From NCBI GenBank assembly GCA_965219085.1, contig OZ244720.1, positions 2,592,001 to 2,656,000 on the forward strand: a stretch of DNA of 64,000 nt, in the 5' to 3' direction. Position numbers and translations under genes: made by a program. This document shows, piece by piece, positions 9,532-23,100 of this stretch. The stretch comes from Dehalococcoidia bacterium (lineage in GTDB: Bacteria > Chloroflexota > Dehalococcoidia > UBA2979). Under the pieces are notes generated by a model that was given only the letters and a program-made list of their open reading frames with translations, was not told where the DNA came from and searched no databases. How positions within the stretch are numbered: the stretch's first letter is position 1; each line of letters begins with the position of its first letter.

Positions 9532-9919
9532 GCCCCCTCGGAGCGCGACACCGCTGCCACTGCGCGCGGCCGAGTTCGCTCCGCCTTCCGCGCAGAACGC
9601 TCTTGCCCGGCAAGCGGCGTGACGGCTGCACTCCGCAGCGCGCCACCGCGTCGCTGGTTCTCAGGCAGTCGCTCATTGCCTGAGAAGAGGCCACACGGCC
9701 CTCAATCCATGACATTCACGCTATGTTCACAGAGTAGCATCGCAAGTTCACGTCCCGTGCACTGACACCAAGCCAACGAGCAGGAAGAATTGCCCCGTTG
9801 AACCTGGGAGAGCGCAACACGCGCGCGAGGGGGCACTGGTGCGTCGGACGGTCGCGAAGTCGAACGGGAACGCGCGGCAGGCAAGCGCAACGGCGCTGCC
9901 TGCGCGCATCGCGCTACTA

Positions 9920-9943
9920 GAACAAACGTACCCCCCCCCCCCC
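9920..9943 (+). promoter_or_regulatory. SOS-box-like site GAAC-AAAC-GTAC followed by a C13 homopolymer
   Basis: Read directly; lies about 250 bp upstream of the surface-protein operon. Confidence 0.45.
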
Positions 9944-10192
9944 ATTTTTCCGTCGGCGGCCCGTAGCCGGGCCTCGCTCGTTCGCTTCAACCGCCTCCGC
10001 CGCAGCGCCGCACGCCCGGAGCACACGCCCGTCCGCCGTCTCTCATCCGAACCGTCGCCGCCCCCGGCGCTCCAGTAGGGGCGCGCCCGTGCGTACCACG
10101 CCTCGTCTGCCGGCGTAGGCGCACGCCGCCGCCCCCGTTGGACGGAGGCTTGACGACGGGGCCATGCGCAACACGCACCAGGAGGAGCAACG

Positions 10193-11194
10193 GTGGCCCA
10201 CACAGCCAGACCCAGGCTCGCCATCCTCTTCGTCGCCCTGGCCGCGCTGCTCGCGCTGTCCCTCACCGGCGCGCCGGCCCAGGTCCAGGAGGGCTCCGCC
10301 CCCGAACGGCCCACGGGCCTGGCCCTCTCGGACGTCAGGCACGACTCGGTGACCCTGACCTGGGACGACCCCGGTGACCCCAGCATCACCCACCACCAGA
10401 TCTTCCGGCGGGACCTCGCCGTCCACGCCGTCGGCGAGTTCGTCGCCATCGAGGAAGACACCGGCTCGGCGGCCACCAGCTACACCGACGCAACGGTGCA
10501 GCCGGAGCAGGGCTACGTCTACCGGGTCAAGGCGGTGAACCGGCACGGGGCCAGCCAGTGGTCGCGGTACGCGGGCGCCGACACCCCGGCGGCGTCCAGC
10601 CCGGAGCTTGGGCCCGAACCGACGCCGCAAGGCTCCCCCACGCCCACCCCTACGGCAAAGCCGGTGGTCCTGCCGCTCAAGGACCTGCCCACGACATTCG
10701 CCAAGCGCTCAACGACAGGCGGACGGGGAGACGCAAGCTCGGCGCAGGGAGCGGTCTACACCTACGAGGACGGCGACCGGACCATCAGAGTCGTCTTGCA
10801 GACCGATCTCGTCGTCCGGCAGACCGGCGCCGACACGTCCACCAACGTTGTGGTGCGCCGCGTGGCCGGGGGCAGCATCGTCCGCAGTCACTTCGCATAC
10901 GGCGCCGCTGCCCAGCCGGTGTTCCGCTCTGCGTCGGGAGGTCAGCTGATGACGCTGCCCGGCGGCGTGCTGCTCGCCCTGGACCCGGAGTGGGACCGGG
11001 ACAGGGTCCAGCGCTTCTTCTCGGAGAACAGCATCTCCAAGGCACGAATATCCGAGCGGAACTTCATACCGAACGGCTTCTTCGTGGAGACCGAGCCGGG
11101 TTTTCCGTCACTTGATCTGGCCAACGCGTTGGCGGCGCAGGAGGGCGTCGTGTTTGCCAGCCCCAACTGGTGGCAGGAAGCCTCGACGCAATGA
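10193..11194 (+). CDS. Secreted protein: signal peptide, fibronectin type III domain, Pro/Thr linker, subtilase prodomain-like C-terminal domain
   Basis: GGAGG RBS; Fn3 pattern (VTLTWDDP...YVYRVKAVN); ends SLDLANALAAQEGVVFASPNW; ATGA overlap with next gene. Confidence 0.8.
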   Translation: MAHTARPRLAILFVALAALLALSLTGAPAQVQEGSAPERPTGLALSDVRHDSVTLTWDDPGDPSITHHQIFRRDLAVHAVGEFVAIEEDTGSAATSYTDATVQPEQGYVYRVKAVNRHGASQWSRYAGADTPAASSPELGPEPTPQGSPTPTPTAKPVVLPLKDLPTTFAKRSTTGGRGDASSAQGAVYTYEDGDRTIRVVLQTDLVVRQTGADTSTNVVVRRVAGGSIVRSHFAYGAAAQPVFRSASGGQLMTLPGGVLLALDPEWDRDRVQRFFSENSISKARISERNFIPNGFFVETEPGFPSLDLANALAAQEGVVFASPNWWQEASTQ

Positions 11195-14100
11195 GACGCC
11201 CACGCCCACCAGCGCATGGCGGCCGCCGCGCATTTCTGCTTGCGCGTCTTGGCCGCAACATTCATGCGTTGTTGCTGCGAAACGCGTGGATGCTGCTTGC
11301 GGCGCTCCTGGTGTCCCCGTTGCTCGTCCTGCACGCCACCGGCGTCGCAGGACAGACCATAGAGACTCGCGACGGAGACACTTTCGCCACCGCGACCGAT
11401 ATATCGCTTGGGGCATCAGTGGAAGGAGAAATCGACTCAGCCGACGATCCCGACTACTTCAAGCTGGACCTGTCGGGCCAATCCGGAACCACCGACGTGG
11501 TCATATCCACGACCGGCAGCACCGACACCACTGGAAAACTGTATGGCAGCGACGAAATGCTCATCATGGAAGACGACAACAGCGGAACCGATACTAACTT
11601 TCACATGGAGGAGACTCTCTCGCCGGGCGTTTACTACGTGCTGGTTGAGGGCTCTGGAAGTGCAACCGGATCCTACACACTGTACGCCAAACCGGTCCTT
11701 TCCCCGGGATCCTCGGTGGAGATGAGCATCGACTCCATCGGCGAGGTTGACCACCATATTTTGGACTTGACGGGCGAAACCGGCACCACCGACGTATCGC
11801 TCTTTGCGGTCAGCGACAACCTGCGGCTTGTTCGATCTAATGGATCTAAGCCTGATCGACTTACGAATACAGACGCTTTGGGTCAACGAAGGGTGCTTCA
11901 TCATTGGTACTATACCGACGTTGACGGCGGCACGGCTTACGCTTTTGATGTTAAGAGCGACGATGTTGAGGAGGAGAGTTGGCGCACTGGAGACTATAGG
12001 GTGCACTTCGCGACCGTGCCTAGTGGCGCCGGCTCATTTTTTGATCCCACGACTCTGAGCCTCGATGTCCCAACGTCCGGCAAGCTGCGCTCCCTCGATC
12101 ACTACTTCGGGCTGACGCTCGACGAGCCCAAAGACCTGGTCATCATGACCTTTTTGAGTGCTCGGGCAGTCATCCTTGACTCCGATGGTAACGAGATATC
12201 AGTAAACGACACATACGATCATTCCTCAGAGTATCTATACAGCACGATAAGCGACGACTTCGCCGCCGGCAATTACTTCGTCAAGATAAGCGCTCCTGAT
12301 GCAAACAGTTTCAACCCCGTTTACTACGCGCTCTATGCCTACGAGGACACCGGCTACGGGGAATGGTCCGACGCCTGCGACGTTGCAACAGGGGCACTGA
12401 CTTTCCAGGTCAGCGACCCCCTGTATGCCTGCCAGTGGCACCTAAACAGCGCCGACAGCGCGGGCATGGACATCGACGTCGAATCGGTCTGGGCGAGCGT
12501 CACGGGCGCGGGCGTGAACGTCGCCGTGGTAGACGAAACGATCGATTACAGCCATGAGGACCTCGCCGCCAACGTCGACAGCACGCTCAGTTATGATTAC
12601 GGGCCGCTCAGCAGCGCCTACCGTTCCATCGACCACCACGGCACGTACGTCGCGGGCGTGATCGCAGCCAGGGACAACGCCATCGGCGTACGCGGGGTGG
12701 CCCCCAGGGCCACCATCTACGGGTATAACCTCCTTGGCGATGGCGAAACTCTCTTTTCGCATGATAGGGCGGTAGACGCCATGTCCCGCAACCAGGACGT
12801 AACCGGGGTCTCCAACAACAGTTGGGGTTTAAGCGGAGATAGCGCCGGTTTCGTCATGGCGCCCACTCAGTGGTGGACGGTGCTGGACGGCGGCGTCACG
12901 CAAGGCTACGGGGGCAAGGGGGTCTTCTATGTCTTCGCCGCCGGCAACGGACACCCGTATGGAGCAAATTCCAACCTTGATGAGATGATCAACCATTACG
13001 GCGTCACCGCCGTGTGCGCGGTGGGTGCAGAAGACACCAGGGCTTCATACTCGGAGCAGGGCGTCAACCTGTGGGTCTGCGCCCCGTCGCAGGGAGGCTA
13101 TGAAGGCGATGCCGCCGCCGACCGGGCCATCGTCACCACGGAGAATTCCGACCGCTACACCAATGCCTTCGTTGGGACCTCCGCGGCGACCCCGATAGTC
13201 TCAGGCGTGGCCGCGCTGCTGCGCCAGGTCAACCCGGCGTTGACGTGGCGGGACCTGAAGCTGATCCTGGCCGCCTCGGCGCGCAAGAACGACCCCGGCA
13301 ACGCCGGCTGGACGGATGGCACCCGCAAGTACGGCTCGTCCAACGCGTCGGACACATATCACTTCAACCGGGAATACGGGTTCGGCATGGTTGACGCCGG
13401 CGCCGCAGTGGCCCTGGCGCGGAGCTGGAGCTTGCTCCCGCCGTTTCTGGATGATTCAGAGCAATCGAGCCCGCTCAACGCCGCGATCCCCGATAACAAC
13501 ACCAGTGGTATCACTAGCTCCCTCACCCTGGATACGGATATCGAGTTCACCGAGTTCGTCGAGGTGGAAGTCACAATCGACCACAGCTACTGGCGTGATT
13601 TGCAGATAGAGCTGGAGTCTCCGGATGGGGCCGTTTCCACATTGGCCGTAGCAGCACAGGTGAGTCCATCTGCCTCGCCGGGCACGTTCCGATTCGGCTC
13701 GGCAAAGCACCTTGGCGAGGACCCGAACGGTGCGTGGAAGCTTCGCGTCTCCGACCAGGTAGCCGTGGACAGCGGCACGTTGGAGAGCTGGAGCATCAAG
13801 GTCTATGGCCACGGCTCCACGATACGCGCGGCCAGCACCGGGCCGACGACGGCCACGGCCACGGTGTGGCAGCACAACCCTGACTCGGCGAGCCGGACGG
13901 TCCACCTGCGCCACAGTGACAACGATGGGGCTACCTGGTCCACGCCCGCGGTCCAGACGACCACGGGAGCGTCGGTGGAGTTCAGCGTGACAGGTCTTGC
14001 GCCCAATGCCGAGTACAAGCTGCAGGCGTCCTTGGACGGCGCCTTCGCGGACAAGGTCCAGGCCGACTTCGTCAACCGGCCGGCGCGCCAAGACATCGGC

Positions 14101-17100
14101 ACCGCGTCCCCGAGCCGCAATCTCAAGGGCCTCTGGTCGGACGGCACGACCATGTGGGTGGCGGATCGGACCAACTTCCGTATCTACGCGTACACGCTGG
14201 CCACGGGGGCGCGGGACGCCGACAAGGACATCAGCAACCTGGCGGGGGCCGGGAACACACACCCCGAAGGCATCTGGTCGAACGGCACGACCATGTGGGT
14301 GTCGGACTTTTTCGACGAGAAACTCTACGCGTACGCGCTGGATGGCGGGGCACGGGACGCCGACAAGGAGTTCAACTTGGCGGCTGCGAACACCAGCCAC
14401 TGGGGCCTCTGGTCGGATGGCGCGACCATCTGGGTGGCGGACTCGGGAGACGAGAAACTCTACGCGTACGCGCTGGATGGCGGGGCACGGGAAGCCGACA
14501 AGGACATCAACACCCTGGCGGCCGGGAACGCCTACCCCTGGGGCCTCTGGTCGGACAGCACGACCATGTGGGTGTCGGACTTGTCCAACGGCCGGGTGTA
14601 CGCGTACACGCTGGCCACAGGCGCGGACGAGGGCCGGAAATTCAACACCCTGGCGGCCGGGAACGGCAACCCCTTCGGCATCTGGTCGGATGGCAAGACC
14701 ATGTGGGTGGCGGACTCGCAGGGCAAGCTCTACGCCTACTACGTGCCCGCCAACACAAATCTGAGCGCTCTGAGCGTGAATGGCACGCCCGTGGCCGACT
14801 TCCGCCCGGGCTTCACCACGTACCAGTTGGCCGTGGCCAACTTGGTGACTCAGGCGACGGTGTCGGGCGACGCCGCCGACGGCGATGCCACGGTGGCCTA
14901 CGGCGGCGCCGCCAACGCCACTGGCCAGGTGGACCTGGTCGAGGGCCGCAACGTCGTGACGGTGACCGTGACCGCCGAGGACGCCGCCATCACGAAGGAC
15001 TACACCGTCAGCATCAACCGGGCATCGGCCGCCCCCTACGGCTGGAGAGCCGACAAGGACCTCGACACCCTGGCGGCGGCCGGGAACACCTTCCCCTTCG
15101 ACATCTGGTCGGACAGCACGACCGCGTGGGTAGTGGACTGGCAGGACCAGAAGCTCTACGCCTACACGCTGGCCACGGGGGCGCGGAACGCGGTCAAGGA
15201 ATTCGACCTGAAGTCCGGAAACACCTCTCCGACCGGCATCTGGTCGGACGGCGCGACCATCTGGGTGGGGGACTCGCAAGACGACATGTTCTACGCATAC
15301 ATGCTCGACACCGGGGCGCGGGTCTCAAATAAGGACCTTGACCCGTCCCTGGTCGCGGTCGGTGATCTTTGGTCGGACGGCACGACCATGTGGATGGCGG
15401 ACTTTGGCAACCGGAAGCTCTACGCCTACACGGTAGTCACTGGCAGACGTAACCCAGATAAAGACATCGACCTTACGACCACGAACGTTTACGGCCATGG
15501 TCTTTGGTCGGACGGCACGACCATGTGGGTGGCGGACCTGCAAGGGAAGCTCTACGCCTACGCGCTGGACGGCGGGGCACGGAAAGCCGGCCAGGACTTC
15601 GACACCCTGGCGGCGGCCGGGAACATCTCGTCGAGGGGCATCTGGTCGGACGGCGAGACCATGTGGGTGGCAGACTCGCACGACGCCAAGATCTACGCCT
15701 ACAACATGCCGCCTCCCAACAGCCCGCCGGAGTTCAGCGACGGGGCGAGCACGACGCGGAGCGTGGCGGAGAACACGGCCCCGGGCGAGAACGTGGGGTC
15801 TGCGGTGGCCGCCACCGACGTCGACGGTGACACGCTGACCTACACCTTGGAGGGGACGGATGCGGCGTCCTTCGACATCGTAACGACCAGCGGGCAGATT
15901 CTGACCAGCGCGGCCCTGAACTACGAGCAGAAGACGTCATATTCGGTGACGGTGAGCGTCGCCGACGGCGAGGGCGGCACGGACACCATCGGGGTGACCA
16001 TCAACGTCACCGACGTGAACGAGAAGCCGGCGACGCCCGGCCCGCCCACGGTGACGGCGACCGCGAACATCACCACGAGCCTAGACGTGAGTTGGACGGC
16101 GCCGGGGCTCAACGGCGGGCCGGCGCTGACGGGCTACGAGGTGCGCTACCGGATCAGCGGCAGCTGGATCGACTGGACGCACAGCGGCACGGGCACGAGC
16201 GCGACGATCACGGGGCTCACGGCGAGCACCACCTACGACGTGCAGGTGCGGGCGCTCAACGGCGAGACGCCCAGCGCCTGGTCTTCTACGGGCACAGGCA
16301 GCACCGGGACCCCGGCGAACAACGCGCCGGAGTTCAGCGACGGGGCGAGCACGACGCGGAGTGTGGCGGAGAACACCGCTTCCGGCGCCAACGTGGGGTC
16401 TGCGGTGACGGCCACGGACGCCGACGGCGACACCCTGACCTACACGCTGGACGGCACCGACGCGGCGTCCTTCGACATCACCTCGACCAGCGGGCAGATT
16501 CTGACCAGCGCGGCCCTGAACTACGAGCAGAAGACGTCATATTCGGTGACGGTGAGCGTCGCCGACGGCGAGGGCGGCACGGACACCATCGGGGTGACCA
16601 TCAGCGTCACCGACGTGAACGAGAAGCCGACGACGCCCGGCGCGCCGACGGTGACGGCGACCTCGAACACGACCGACAGCCTGGACGTGAGCTGGACGGC
16701 GCCGGGGCTCAACGGCGGGCCGGCGCTGACGGGCTACGAGGTGCGCTACCGGATCAGCGGCAGCTGGATCGACTGGACGCACAGCGGCACGGGCACGAGC
16801 GCGACGATCACGGGGCTCACGGCGAGCACCACCTACGACGTGCAGGTGCGGGCGCTCAACGGCGAGACGCCCAGCGACTGGTCTTCCACGGGCGCCGGCA
16901 GCACCGGGACCCCGGCGAACAACGCGCCGGAGTTCAGCGACGGGACGAGCACGGCGCGGAGCGTGGCGGAGAACACCGCTTCCGGCGCCAACGTGGGGTC
17001 TGCGGTGACGGCCACGGACGCCGACGGCGACACCCTGACCTACACCCTGGGGGGCACCGACGCGGCCTCCTTCTCGATAGTGGGGGCCAGCGGGCAGATA

Positions 17101-20100
17101 CAGACCAGCGCGGCCCTGGACCACGAGACGAAGTCCAGCTACTCGGTGACGGTGAGCGTCGCCGACGGCGAGGGCGGCACGGACACCATCGGGGTGACCA
17201 TCAGCATCACGGACGTGGACGAACCGCCGTCGGCGCCGGCGGCGCCGGCGATCAGCGGCGTGTCGGGCTTCAACGACCGGCTGCTGGTGAGCTGGACGGC
17301 GCCGTCGGACACGGACCGGCCGGCGGTCACGGACTACGACGTGCAGTACCGCGAGAGCGGCGTCGGCGCCTGGAGCGACTGGAGTCACACGGGCACGGCC
17401 ACGACGACGACGATCACGGGGCTCGATGCGGGTGCGACGTACCAGGTGCAGGTGCGGGCCGAGAACGATGAGGGCGAGGGCGCGTGGTCGGCCTCGGGCA
17501 CGCAGGCGACCAACGCGCCGCCCGCGTTCGCCGGGTCGACGACAACGCGGGCCGTGGAGGAGAACACGGCGGCGGGGATGGGCGTGGGCGCGGTCGTGAC
17601 GGCCACCGACGCGGACAACGACACCCTGACCTACTCGCTGGAGGGGACCGACGCGAGCAGCTTCGTGATCGTCGCGAACAGCGGGGGGATCCAGACCAAG
17701 TCGAACGTGACCTACGACCACGAGGCCAAGTCGACCTACTCGGTGACGGTCCGGGCCAAGGACGGGCAGGGCGGCGACGCCACGATCAGCGTGACGATCA
17801 CGATCACGGACGTCGACGAGCCGCCCTCGGCGCCGGCGGCGCCGGGGGTCGCGTTCACCTCGGGCACGACCGACGGCCTGGACGTGAGCTGGGACGCGCC
17901 GGTCGACACGGGCAAGCCGCCTCTCACGAGCTTCGAGGTGCAGTACCGCAAGACCAGCGCCAGCACCTGGGCCACTTGGCTTTTCGTCGGCCCGGGCGCG
18001 ACGGCGAAGATCAAGGGCCTGGATGCCGGTACGGAGTACGAGGTCCAGGTGCGGGCCAACAACGACGAAGGCATGAGCGCCTGGTCGGCCTCGGGCATGG
18101 CGGAGACGGACGCCGCCCCGGCCTTCGCGTCGGGCGACTGCCAGTACAACAGCTGCACGGTCACGTTCGGCGAGAGCCTCGACAGCACGTCGGGCAACAC
18201 GCCGCCGGTGGGCGCCTTCACGCTCACGGCCGGTGGCGCCAGCCTGACGATCGGCGGCGTCAGCGTCAGCGGCACGACCGTGACGCTGTCGTCCGTGTCC
18301 CCCTTCATCAGGCAGGGCCAAGCGATCACGCTGGCCTACGCCGACCCCAGCACCAACAACGACACCGCGGCTCTGCAGGACGCCCTGGGCAACGATGTCG
18401 CCTCGTTCAGCGAGACGCTGACCAACAGCTCCCCCTACGACTTCCCCTCGGAGCCGACGCAGCTGAGTGCGCTCCAGAACGGCCGCAACCAGATCGACGT
18501 CGAGTGGACGGCGCCGACCGACAACGGCGGCGATGCGAACTTCAGCTACCGGTTGGAGGTGTCGACCGACGCTGGCGCGAATTGGACCACGCAGGTCGCC
18601 AGTCAGACCGCCACCACGTACAACCACACGGGCCTGATGGCGGGCGACACGCGGCACTACCGGGTCTTCACGGTCAACATCATCGGCGACAGCCGGGCCT
18701 CCAGCACGGCCAGCGCCACCACCAACCGTCCGCCGACGGGCGCGCTGGTGATCGACGGCACGGCCCAGGTGGCCGAGAAGCTGACGGCGAACACGTCCAA
18801 CATCTCCGACGCCGACGGCCTGCCCGCGGACGATCAATTCAACTTCCAGTGGCTCCGGGTCGCCGGCGGCAACGAGTTCAGCATCCCCGGGGCCACGCAG
18901 TCCAGCTACCGGCCGGTCCCGGCCGACCTGGGCCAGACGCTGCGGGTGCGGCTCGACTACGACGACAACGCCGAGTTCGCCGAGACGCTGACCAGCGCGG
19001 CGACGGCGGCGGTGCAAGAGTCCCCCTACGGGGAGATCGTCTGGGCCGCCACGCTCACGGCGGGGCAGGCGGGCACGACCCTCGGCTTCAACAGCACCGG
19101 CCCGGTCGGCTCCTTGGAGGCGAAAACGTTCGCGCCCGGCGCCATCACGGTGAGCCAGCTCACCTACGACGGCGGCGCGGGGACGTTCGCCGTCACGGGC
19201 TTGGGTTCGGGCGACTACATCCTCTATCTCGGCAGCGGGCCGCAAGGCGCGCACGCGCTGATCGTGGATCCGGCGTCGGACGCCGACGACGTCTTCGACT
19301 TCTCCAGCACCGGGCTGAGCTGGAGCGCCGGTCAAGCGGTGGAAGTGCGGCTGACGCTGAACCGCGAGCCCGTGGGCGTGCCCTTGATCAGCGGCGCGGC
19401 CGTCGAGGGGACAACCCTGACGGCCGGGATCGAGAACGTCACGGACGCCGACGGCCTGCCCGCCTCCGATCAGTTCCGCTACCAGTGGATCGTGACCGAC
19501 GGGGGGACCGAGTCCGAGATCACGGGGGCGACCGGCACGACCTATACGCCGGAGCTGACCGACCTCGGCAAGACCTACACGGTGCGGGTCGACTACACCG
19601 ACAACGCCAACTTCCCCGAGTCGCTGACCAGCGCGCCCACGGATCCGATCGAGGTACGCGGGCAGGTCATCTGGTCGGCGGAGCTGACCGTCGAGGGCTG
19701 GGGCGAGCCAAGCCTCAGATCTTTCGGTTTCGATGCATCATCCGCGACCGTCCGTGGGGCGCTGCAGCCGGACACGATCATCCACAACGGCGCCTACGAG
19801 GTCGAATCGCTGCTCTACTCCGGCCATCAGAGCTTCGGGACCGGCCCCGTGCTGAACAAGACGATGCTGTTCTCGACGACCACCGAGCTGCCGGCGGGCG
19901 ACTATGCCCTCTGGGTGGTGGATGACGACGGCGACGCCGATCTGGGCGATCTTCCGTTCATCTTCCCGGCAGCCGATGCGGATGGATTCTTGCAGAATCC
20001 CGTCGTGCTGACCTGGGCAGACGATGACACGGTGGACGTGCGGCTCACGGTCAACCGCCTGCCCGGCGGCGCGCTCACGATCAGCGGCCAGGCCAAGGTG

Positions 20101-23100
20101 GGCACCACGGTGACGGCGGACGTCTCGGGCGTCTCCGACGCCGACGGCCTGCCCGCCAGCGGCGAGTTCCGGTACCAGTGGTTCACCGTTGACAGCGGCT
20201 CCAACACGCCGATCGGCGGTGAGACGGATCAGAACTACACGCCGGTGAGCGCCGATCTCGGGAAGTCGATCAGGGTGCGGCTGCGCTACACCGACGACGC
20301 CTTCTTCACCAACACCGTGTTCAGCGCCGCGGCGGTGGTGGCGTCGGGCACGGGCAACCACCCGCCGCAGTTTTCCACGACCTCCACGTCGCGGACGTTG
20401 ACCGAGAACACGGGGGCGGGCGTGAACGTCGGCGCGGCCGTCAGCGCCAGCGACGCCGACAGCGGCGACAGCCTGACCTACACGCTGGAGGGGACGGACG
20501 CCGGCTCGTTCGACATCGTCCCGGCGAGCGGGCAGATCCAGACCAAGACGGGCGTGACCTACGACTTCGAGACGCAGACGAGCTACTCCGTGACGGTCAA
20601 GGCCGACGACGGCAACGGTGGCACCGACACCGTCGCGGTGACCATCAACGTCGTGAACGTCAACGAGCCGCCGGTGATCAGCGGGGTGTCCAGTGTGAGC
20701 TACGCCGAGGGAGGCACGGCAGAGGTCGCCAGCTACAGCGCGACGGACGAGGAGGGGGCCACGATCACGTGGTCGCTCTCGGGCACGGACGCCGGCGACT
20801 TCGAGATCGGCGCCAACAGCGGTGTGCTGACCTTCAAGACCTCGCCGGACTACGACAACCCCGCGGATGGGAACGGCGACAACGACTACCTCATCAGGGT
20901 GCAGGCCTCGGACGGGACGAACCTGGTCCCGTTCGACGTGACCGTGACCGTCACCGGGGTGGACGAACTCCCGACCATCCCCAGCGGTCCGGCCAGCGTG
21001 GACTACGCCGAGAACGGCACGGCGGCGGTCGCGACCTACAGCGCGACGGACCCGGAGGGCGACACGATCACCTGGGCGCTGATAGGCCCCGACGCCGGCG
21101 CCTTCGCGATCGACGCCGGCGGCGTGCTGACGTTCGCCGCCACGCCCGACTACGAGAACCCCAGCGACCAGGGCGGCCAGTCCGGCGACAACGTGTACAG
21201 CCTGCTCGTCGTGGCCTCGGACGCCGGGAACAACACCGCCTTGCTGGCCGTGACCGTGACCGTCACGCCCGTGGACGAGACTCCCGTGGTCGGCGGCCAG
21301 GCGAACGTGAGCTACGCAGAGAACGGCACGGCCGATGTCGAGACCTACAGCGCGGCGGACCCGGAGGGCGACCCGATCACCTGGTCGCTGGCGGGCGCCG
21401 ACGCCGGCGACCTCGCGATCGACGCCACCGGCGTGCTGACGTTCACCGCCCCGCCCGACTACGAGGACCCCCGCGACCAGGGCGGCGACAACGAGTACGT
21501 CGTGACGGTGCAGGCCTTCGACGGGACGAACATGGGCACGCGCGAGGTGACCGTCACGGTCATCGACGTGAACGAGCCGCCGGTCATCAGCGGCGATGCG
21601 ACCGTCGGCTTCGCCGAGCACGCCACGGGCAGCGTCGCCACCTACACCGCCGACGATCCCGATGACGCCACCATCATCTGGACGCTGGCGGGGACGGACA
21701 GCGGGTTCTTCTCCCTCAGCGGCGGCGTGCTGACCTTCGACACGCCGCCCAACTTCGAGCTCCCACAGGACGCGAACTTCAGCAACGACTACGAGATCAC
21801 GATCGGGGCCTCCGACGGGGCCAACCCGGTGAGCCAGGCGGTGACCGTCACGGTCGTCGACCTCGAGGAGCCGGGGACGATCAGCCTCTCCTCGCCGCAG
21901 CCGCAGGTCGGGACCGGGCTGACGTCCACGCTCGATGAGCGGGACGCGATTGTCGTCGCCGCCGTCCGGAAGTGGCATCGCTCGCCCGACGGGAGCACCG
22001 CTTGGACCCTCATCCTGGGGGCCACGGCGAGCAGCTACACGCCCGTGCAAGGCGATCTGAACTATTACCTGCGGGTGACGGTGTCGTACACCGACACGCA
22101 CGGCCCCAAGACGCCGGAGGCCGTCTCGGAGAACGCGGTGCGGCCGGTGCCGGCCGGCGCCAACCATCGTCCCGAGTTCGACGAGGGCTTCAGCACGACC
22201 CGCTCCGTCGCCGAGAACTCGGCCGGCGACACGCCCATCGGCGACCCGGTGGAAGCTACCGACGCCGACCCCGCCGACGTCGTCGCACTGACCTACTCGC
22301 TCTCGGGCTCGGACCTCTTCACGGTCGACCCCGCCACGGGGCAGATCGCGGTCGCGGAGGGCGCGGTGCTCAACCACGAGGCGCAGGCTTCGCACACGGT
22401 CACGCTGACCGTCGCGGATCCCGGCGGCCTGGAAGACACCATCACCGTCACCATCACCATCACCGACGTGAACGAAGCGCCCGAGCCGGTGGGCGACGAC
22501 GCCACGACCAACGAGGACACGCCTGTCATGATCGAGGTGCTGGACAACGACAGCGACCCCGAGGATGACGACCTCACTGTCTCCTCGTTCAACTCCCCGG
22601 CCAACGGCTCGGTGGCGAGAGCCCGCGACGACCCCAACAAGCTCACCTACACCCCCGACCCCGACTTCCACGGCGTGGACACGTTCACCTACCAGGCGAC
22701 CGACGCTAGGGGCCTCTTCGGGGAGGCCACGGTCGTCGTGATGGTGAACCCGGTGAACGACGCGCCGGAGTTCCCCGCCGGCCCGGTCCAGCGCTCCGTC
22801 GTCGAGACCGCGCAGGCAGGGGACAAGGTGGGCGACCCGGTGGAGGCCATCGACCCGGATGTCGGCGACACGCTGACGTACGCACTCTCGGGCATCGACG
22901 TGAGCAGCTTCGGGATCGACGGGGACACGGGCCAGATCACCGTGGCCGCCGACGTCGATCTCGAACCGACGACCGAGGATAACCTCGCCCTCAGCGTCAC
23001 CGTGACTGCCACAGAGGTGCGCACCGATGGGCAGTCTCCCGCCAGCGACAGCATCCAGGTCACCATCACCGTCACGACCGGTTCCACCGGTCCCGTCATC

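Noticed and set aside
6942-9683. 913-aa plus-strand ORF
   Set aside because: Antisense shadow of the relaxase; Arg/Ala-rich with no recognisable domain
7016-9880. 14-bp direct repeat GGAACGCGCGGCAG flanking relaxase 1 as a target-site duplication
   Set aside because: Short and GC-rich, so it could arise by chance; no supporting element ends
14090-17500. CRISPR-like or non-coding repeat array
   Set aside because: Repeats are in-frame protein domain repeats with no unique spacers and no cas genes
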